DNA of 64,000 nt from Octopus sinensis (taxonomy: Eukaryota). Made by a program: the position numbers and the translations under genes. Within the stretch, counting starts at the first letter, position 1; the number at the start of each line of letters is the position of its first letter. Below the pieces are notes generated by a model. It did not search any database and was not told where the DNA came from. It was given only the letters and a program-made list of their open reading frames with translations. Positions 54,944 to 64,000 of the stretch are shown here, one piece after another. The stretch lies in NCBI RefSeq assembly GCF_006345805.1, contig NC_043001.1, positions 60,078,001 to 60,142,000 of the forward strand, given 5' to 3'.

Positions 54944-57468
54944 ATGTGTGTGTGTGTGTGCGCGCATATATACAAACATAAATAATAAATTGAATGATAG
55001 ATTGATAGATATATTCAAAGTTACAGCTATATGCACTTGTATATAGCAATTATAATATAGAGTTTATTTTTCTAGAACCAGAACATGAAACAAAACTAAA
55101 ACTTCATGTGCAATATGAAGCTGTATTTGCCGTGATAGAAATACTAAATTAGCTACATCGTATATCTTGTCAGTTATTAAAGCAGGTTGCATATTGCGAA
55201 TGCTATTTTGCGTGCGGAAATGGGTTTTAGAAATTCTGAGCAACACATGGGCGGTGTAAAGCACATTTATAATAAATTAGATCGATACCCTTGAAATCTT
55301 TCTTTGCATGATGAAAAGCAAGTTGCATTCTAATACCCAAAACAGTTCTATTAATCAATCACAAGGGTATGTTAAATGACAAACCTATAATTACAGCATG
55401 CAGAAGTAACATTATATGCTAAAACTAATAGATAATGTTAACACAAGAGAAGGGGAATAAATTTACGAAAAATTTTAAGAAATGTACAAATAGCGTTAAT
55501 TTAAGCGTGTGTTGTCAAAATTGCACAAGAATAGAATCAGTTTGAATTTAATCTTTGAATTTAATCTGCAGTTTCTATGCGTCTTTGGATAAACACAAGC
55601 ATCATTCTCGAAGTGTCCATATAAGTTAAACAGTGAGATGTAACACATTACCAATCGTAGCATCTTGTGAAATTGCCTTGTTCTTTCGATTATACTCGGA
55701 AAATTAGAATTGTGTTTTCTGATAAAATAAATGATGGAAGAGGCAAAGATAATTGCTATTATTTTGCTATACACACACGCAAACGCACATGCACACACGC
55801 ATATACACACACAAACAGACATCCAAACACACACGCACACACGCACGCACACACACACTCATAAGTAATGAGTTACGACCAAATATAAACAAGTACTGAA
55901 TGATCAGGATGGAAATTTTAAATAATTAATTAATTCTAACAATCATTGACTATTGAATTTGTAACTGTAGAAAAAGTAAAAGATATCGATCCTGGTCTAC
56001 TATTTGAAACTGGCTGCAATTAGTCGAAATGTCAATTAACCGTAAATGGATACATTGAAATTAATACTTATTTTTTCAATTTAAATCCTATTCCTTTTAA
56101 GATCCCGAATAAAATATGTCAGGGTTTGCTTTTCTATTCCAAACTACGATTATAGCCATAAAGATTGACATCTGCTAAAATCGTTAGAAAATGTTGTAAC
56201 TGCATGTTAGTGTTAGCCTATGTAATATTATTACTCTTATCTATCTTTAATGTTGAAAGCGATCAGTCATGAAATAGATTTATTTCAACTAACGTGTCTC
56301 ATGCTCTGTTTATTTCACTATTAGACACAAATAGGAAATAACTTTTCGGCATTGCTATGATTGTCATAGTTTAAGACATTGTAGATGAGTGATTCAATCA
56401 ATTCCAAAGGATGTGACGCCAGAATTCGAAAGCGGCTTCCACAGTGACAGCATCATTTTCATAACAAGGAAACTGTAAGTCAAGCATGAGCAACATTTTT
56501 CGTGAAGTTGGCATCATGGAACAGAGCTAATCATCAGGCGCGCTGCACTACTAAAAGAATTCGAGGTAAATTTGGCATACCATTCAGCAAGTCCCGAAGG
56601 CCATAGATTCCTCTTAGCTACTTCAGATGATATACAAATACACTACCTGACACATTTGAGGCAAGACAACATACAACATTTACGCCAGCCGCGTTTGCTA
56701 TCATTCATCATTTCACAGAATCACTCCGAACAGCATTGCATGCGTGGGATCAGATAGATCGGCATAACACATATGGCTGGTCAGGTGACCTTCTATCTCG
56801 ATTGTCGATAAAGGATACCGATAGAAATGTATCCAAGCAAAAACTAACATGATCCATATGAACTTTAGAAGAAAAGTATAAGTGTCACATGCAGCTTACC
56901 TATCTGGAAAGGAACTGAAAATAGAGATAAAACAACATTTAATGCATTGATTTGTAGCGTGAAAGTACTTTTTAGACTATGAAGTACCACTTCTCCCCCA
57001 AACAAATACAAACATCCCATTTCTAAATCATTGCAAAAGTACAGGAACTGGAATATAGATAACATGACATAAAAAGGAAGATGAATATCATGAAACATCA
57101 TGTGACTTCATCCAAAAATATAGTCTCGTAATGGTAGATGTTGCTTCGATATATACAAAACAATGTACAATATTTTCGCATACATGCACGATCAATATTG
57201 TGTACATTGATATTTTGAACATTAACATTTTCAGATGTTCCCATCCTCAGAGTAATTTACATAAACATTCACATTAAAGTTATATTATAAACTATGTTCT
57301 GTTGAAAATTCAGAATGAAGTTACATTGCAAACGTAAATAGATAGTTAACTATATGTATATATAAGTTTGTGTGTTTATGTGCGTTTGTAAGAATGTGTG
57401 TATGCGTATGTTTACACTTATTCATAAATAAGCGCACACATACAAACATATACACACATACACGCATA

Positions 57469-57538
<70 letters not shown>

Positions 57539-57687
57539 CGTGTGTATATGTATATATATATATATTATCTATATATCTTTTTCTATCTATCTGACTATAG
57601 ATCAATCTACATACCGGTATACTTCTTTGCCTGTATTTATGTACACATGTATATATGCATGTATATATTTTTGTATGTATTTATGTA

Positions 57688-57790
<103 letters not shown>

Positions 57791-57856
57791 AGGTCCCGGG
57801 TTGAGTCGGGGTTAACCACAGTAAATAAGGTACTCAATACATAGCGGAGTAAAGTA

Positions 57857-58351
57857 ATTTATTTTATAGAAGGAGCTTCTACAGGACTAGAACTGTTTCA
57901 TTCAGATGAAATCTTCAGGAAGCTGGCTGTCAAAATAAGTTCTGGTATTTATGCATTTAGGCAGATTTAATGGAGTGGTGGTGGGGGACGTTTTTTGGGT
58001 AGGTTGGCATTTAGGAGATAAACAGGGCGCAAGCTATTGTTCTTAGGGGAGTGATCAAAAAGCCCAGAGTGTTTTTTGAAATGAGAAGAATCAGTGAGAA
58101 AATAAATAAATGAATAAATAGAATAAATGAATAGAAACAGATATAAGGGATGGGATTTTAGGTAAATTAGAAGACAATTGCTTTTTGGTGGTCAAGAAGA
58201 GGTAGTCAGTTTGTTATTGTTAGGTGGAGGGAATAAATAGATAAATATACAAGAAAAAACATAAAATAAATATACATACAAACACACATACATACATATG
58301 CGAATATACATATGTATACATACATACATACGCACATATATATACATACAT

Positions 58352-58382
<31 letters not shown>

Positions 58383-58971
58383 TACTAATACAATTGTTCG
58401 TTTGTCTTCCACCTGCCTTCGTCTTTTGTTTATTTTCATAAAGCTTCCCGTTATATATATATGTATATATATATACATATACATATACATACACCTACAT
58501 ACACACACATACGCACATATATATATATATACACATACAAATACACATAAGTATATAAACATAAAATATACCTACGTACATATAGACATATATATAATTA
58601 TGCATATATAAACACATACATAAATATACATATGTACACACAAACACACATAAATATATACACGCATATATAAACACATATGCACATATAAAACCATATG
58701 TGTATATAAATATATATACGCATATATAAGCATATATACGCATATATGAATACACATATGCATATATGAATACACACATGCACATACATACACACATATA
58801 CATACATGCGCATACATACACATACATACACTTACATACATATACATATCTACACATATACACATATACGTATGTGTATGCGTGTATATGTGTGTATGTG
58901 TATACATGTGCATATGTATGTATACGCGTGTATGTGTATGTGTATATGTATATATATATACGTATATATAA

Positions 58972-59037
<66 letters not shown>

Positions 59038-59769
59038 GTATATATATACATATATATACATGTGTTTGTATGTGTATGTATGTAATTATGTATGTATATG
59101 TGTACATGTGTATATATTTATATGTATGTATATGAATGGGTATATGTTTATGTATGTATATATATATATATATGCATATATGTGTATTTATATATGTGTG
59201 TATGTTTGTATATGTGAATATGTGTATATATGTATGCATGTATGTATGTGTATGTATGTGCACGTATGTATATGTGTGTATGTATATACGTGCATGTGTG
59301 TATTTATATATACATATGTGTATTTATATGCGTATATATGCTTATATATGCGTATATATATTTATATACACATATGGTTTTATATGTGCATATGTGTTTA
59401 TATATGCGTGTATATATTTATGTGTGTGTTTGTGTGTACACATGTATATTTATGTATGTTTTTATATATGCATAATAATGTATATGTTTATATGTACGTA
59501 GGTATATTTTACGTATGTATACTTATGTATATTTGTATGTGTGTATATATATATATAATATATATATATATAATATTAATTCGAGACAAAACCACTATTT
59601 TGCAAAACAAACAAGGAAAGACTTAATCAATACATAAAAATTTTAATATAAAGAAATAAACCGCCACTACAATCGTTTCATGTCTTCAATTATGTGTATG
59701 TGTATATGTATATATATATACGTATATATATATATATAATATATATATATATATATGTATATATATATG

Positions 59770-59800
<31 letters not shown>

Positions 59801-59810
59801 TATGTATATA

Positions 59811-59847
<37 letters not shown>

Positions 59848-60374
59848 GTGTTTGTATGTGTGTGTATGTAATTATCTATGTATATGTGTACATGTGTATA
59901 TATTTATATGTATGTGTATGTAATTATCTATGTATATGTGTACATGTGTATATATTATATGTATGTATATGAATGGGTATATGTTTATGTATGTATATAT
60001 ATATATATATGCATATATGTGTATTTATATATGTGTGTATGTTTGTATATGTGAATATGTGTATATATGTATGCATGTATGTATGTGTATGTATGTGCAC
60101 GTATGTATATGTGTGTATGTATATACGTGCATGTGTGTATTTATATATACATATGTGTATTTATATGCGTATATATGCTTATATATGCGTATATATATTT
60201 ATATACACATATGGTTTTATATGTGCATATGTGTTTATATATGCGTGTATATATTTATGTGTGTGTTTGTGTGTACACATGTATATTTATGTATGTTTTT
60301 ATATATGCATAATAATGTATATGTTTATATGTACGTAGGTATATTTTACGTATGTATACTTATGTATATTTGTA

Positions 60375-60415
<41 letters not shown>

Positions 60416-60558
60416 TTCGAGACAAAACCACTATTTTGCAAAACAAACAAGGAAAGACTTAATCAATACATAAAAATTTTAATATAAAGAAATAAACCGC
60501 CACTACAATCGTTTCATGTCTTCAATTATGTGTATGTGTATATGTATATATATATACG

Positions 60559-60618
<60 letters not shown>

Positions 60619-60733
60619 TATATTATATATATATAATATGTATATATATATATATGTATATATATATGTATATATTATATATATATGTATATATATATGT
60701 TATATATATATATATATGTTATATATATATATA

Positions 60734-60769
<36 letters not shown>

Positions 60770-61431
60770 GTGTTTGTATGTGTGTGTATGTAATTATCTA
60801 TGTATATGTGTACATGTGTATATATTTATATGTATGTGTATGTAATTATCTATGTATATGTGTACATGTGTATATATTTATATGTATGTATATGCATGGG
60901 TATATGTTTATGTATGTATATATATATATATATGCATATATGTGTATTTATATATGTGTGTATGTATGTATATATGAAGGGAAGCTTTATGAAAATAAAC
61001 AAAGGACGAAGGCAGGTGGAAAACAAACGAACAATTGTATTAGTATGGCGCTCAGGAAATATAAATAAAACAAGTCTTTAACGTTTCGAGCCTACGCTCT
61101 TCAACAGAAAGATACACAGAGAGAGAAAAACACAGAAAGAAGGAGAGAAAAAAAATGCGTGTAGTAGCTAACAAATCAACATGGCGATGAATATGTGTAT
61201 ATATTAGGAGATCGAAAATCCATTAACGAATGTCATTGAAGACATGAAACGATTGTAGTGGCGGTTTATTTCTTTATATTAAACATTTTTATGTATTGAT
61301 TAAGTCTTTCCTTGTTTGTTTTGCAAAATAGTGGTTTTGTCTCGAATTAATATTATATAATATTTTAGTATAAATTGGATTTAATCCTAAATCTGATTTT
61401 TCCCTGTAAATTTGGATTTATTCCCTAATAT

Positions 61432-61472
<41 letters not shown>

Positions 61473-61502
61473 CGTATGTGTGTGTATGTAGGTGTATGTA
61501 TG

Positions 61503-61557
<55 letters not shown>

Positions 61558-62062
61558 GTATGTACGTGTATGTATGTATATATATGTGCGTATGTATGTA
61601 TACATATGTATATTCGCATGTGTATGTATGTGTATTTGTATGAATATTTATTTTATATGTTTTTTCATGTATATTTATCTATTTATACCCTCCACCTAAC
61701 AATAACAAACTGCCTACCTCTCCTTGACCACCAAAAAGCAATTGCCTTCTAATTTACCTAAAATCCCATCCCATACATCTGTTTCTATTTATTTATTCTA
61801 TTTATTCATTTATTTATTTTCTCACTGATTCTTCTCATTTCAAAAACACTCTGGGCTTTTTGACCACTCCCCTAAGAGCAATAGCTTGCGCCATGTTTAT
61901 CTCTTAAATACCAACCTACCCAAAAAACGTCCCCCACCACCACTCCATTAAATCTGCCTAAATGCATAAATACCAGAACTTATTTTGACAGCCAGCTTCC
62001 TGAAGATTTCATCTGAATGAAACAGTTCTAGTCCTGTAGAAGATCCTTCTATAAAATAAATT
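57857..62062. repeat. Nested inverted and tandem array of PLE-type non-autonomous units
   Basis: Inverted 57857-58380 vs ~61480-62062, 58385-58455 vs 60975-61050, and ~58500-58770 vs ~59300-59560. An 836-bp tandem period (TTCGAGACAAAACC at ~59580 and ~60416) has an inverted copy at ~61235-61350. Confidence 0.85.
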
Positions 62063-62214
62063 ATATATATATATATATTGTATATGTACACTTGTATATA
62101 TGTATTGTATATATGTATAGAAATGAATGGGTGTTAGTAGGAATATACGCATGTATGTGAGTGCGTGTATATGTATGTGTATGTGTATGTACATGTGTAT
62201 GTGTATGTGTGTGG

Positions 62215-62275
<61 letters not shown>

Positions 62276-62362
62276 ATGTGTATGTATGTGTATGTATGTA
62301 TATGTGTGTATATATATATGTGTATATATGTGTGTATGTGTGTGTATGTATATATATGTGTA

Positions 62363-62397
<35 letters not shown>

Positions 62398-62401
<4 letters not shown>

Positions 62402-62711
62402 ACGCTCGTGTGTTTATGTATATGTAAGTATGTAGAGTTATGTGTATGTGCATGTATGTATGTATATATACATATGTATATATACATATGTGTAGATAGG
62501 TATATACGTGTATGCTTATATGTATATTTCCGTCTGTACAAAGGGTAACTGCATGTGTATATATATCTATTATTTATTATTCATTATTTATTACATGAGT
62601 ATGCGTTTGTATGCATGTATGTATTTATGTATATAAGGAGGCGCGTGAGTGTGTGTATGTGTATGCATTTGTATAAACATATGTATACATTTATGCATGT
62701 ATGTGCTTGTG

Positions 62712-62742
<31 letters not shown>

Positions 62743-62830
62743 ATGTATGTGTATATATATATGTGTAAATGTGTGTGTAAATTTATATATGTGTGTGTAT
62801 GTGTGTGTATATATGTATATATATATATAT

Positions 62831-62869
<39 letters not shown>

Positions 62870-63300
62870 GTGTACGCTTGTGTGTTTATGTATTTGTAGG
62901 TATGTAGAGTTATGTGTGTATGTATGTATGTATATATACATATGTGTAAATAGGTATATATGGGTATGTTTATATGTATGTATCCGTCTGTATAATGGGT
63001 AACTGCACGTATATATATTTATTATTATTATTTGAGTATGCATGTATGTATATATGTATATGCCTGTATGCATGTATGTATTTATGAACATAAGGAGGCG
63101 CGTGTGTGTGTGGATGTGTATGCATATGTATAGACAAAAGTATACATTTATGCATGTGTGTACTTATGTGTATATATAGATGCGCGTGTGTGTGTGTATG
63201 TGTACGCATATATATATATATATGTGTATGTGTATATATGTATGAATGTATATGTGTATGTATATGTATATGTATATATATGTATATATATATGTATATG
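62398..63300 (+). repeat. ~473-bp diverged tandem duplication of low-complexity DNA
   Basis: GTGTACGCT.GTGTGTTTATG, CCGTCTGTA..A.GGGTAACTGCA and ATAAGGAGGCGCGTG each recur about 473 bp apart. Confidence 0.8.
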
Positions 63301-63921
63301 TGTATGTATATGTATGTATGTGTATGTATGTGTATGTGTATATGTGTATATATATTTATTAGTGTATATGTATGGACTAGTCTTCTGTGGGTGTATTGAG
63401 GTATGTATGTGTATGCGTGTAGATATGAATCAGTAGGTACGTGTACGTATGTGAATATACGTGAATGTATGCAGATGTATGTGTGTATGAATATAACACG
63501 TGCGTGTGCGTATGAGTATGAGTGTACCTGTGAGTGCGTGAGCGTGAGTGAGTGCTTGCGTTCGTATTAGTGAGTAGATAGATAAACGGACTCTTTAGAT
63601 CATCCCTTGAGACCGGCTGACCGCGGTCAAGATAAAAATAAAGACATAAACAATAATAAAATTAAAATAAGGGAATAAAAATGCGTGTGTATGTGTGTGC
63701 ATGTATTGGCATGTGTATATATGTGTGTATGTATATATATGTGCGAGTGTGTATACATATATTTATATATATGTATGTATATGTGTATTTGTGTGAACGT
63801 ACATGGGTATGTGTATATATATGTATATATATGTATATATATATATGTATATGTATGTATGTATATATGTATGTATGTATATATGGGTATGTATGTATAT
63901 GTATAGATGTATGTGAATATG

Positions 63922-64000
63922 TGGGTGTTGAGGCCCAAATATTCTCTAATTTCACTGGTCCCACTCCTGAACTATATGGTCGTTATATTGACGACATTAT
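63922..64000 (+). mobile_element. Start of a 5'-truncated PLE RT running off the window
   Basis: Frame from 63927 reads VEAQIFSNFTGPTPELYGRYIDDI; YIDD at 63984-63995. Confidence 0.75.

Noticed and set aside
61990-62045. CTGAAGA...GAAAC..GTC hammerhead-like motif (also 57880-57925, minus)
   Set aside because: P2 opens with a U-U mismatch and has only ~3 bp, P3 is not palindromic, and P1 does not pair next to the core. Kept only as a decayed possibility.
63622-63640. 12-bp palindrome TGACCGCGGTCA sharing ACCGCGGT with the 9180 HHR
   Set aside because: No GAAA, core or P2 nearby; may be chance or a fragment.

Overview
Repeat-dense, AT-rich animal genomic DNA, most likely from a coleoid cephalopod such as Octopus (inferred from CORE-type tRNA-SINEs of the OR1/OR2 kind, R4/Dong LINEs and very high microsatellite load). 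No intact host protein-coding gene is recognisable, and most supplied ORFs are microsatellite artefacts. The window holds Penelope-like elements (PLEs) and derivatives with fold-back termini at (TA)n, four well-formed and several decayed minimal type-I hammerhead ribozyme (HHR) motifs, two Tx1/L1-like LINEs, five R4/Dong pieces mostly at (TAA)n, three Tc1/mariner remnants, a gag-only LTR element, RTE remnants and many SINEs. The standout is 4765-9447: an RT-deleted Tx1/L1-type LINE (zinc-knuckle ORF1, APE, zf-RVT) framed by PLE-style termini. These are a 132-bp direct repeat at both ends, an inverted copy at the 5' end, and a U3:A8-variant hammerhead with a palindromic stem III just after the 3' UTR. 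It is either a LINE using PLE-type termini or a Tx1 insertion into a ~358-nt ribozyme-bearing repeat; a 13/14-bp candidate TSD favours the latter. All structure and homology calls were made by eye, with no searches or folding programs run.
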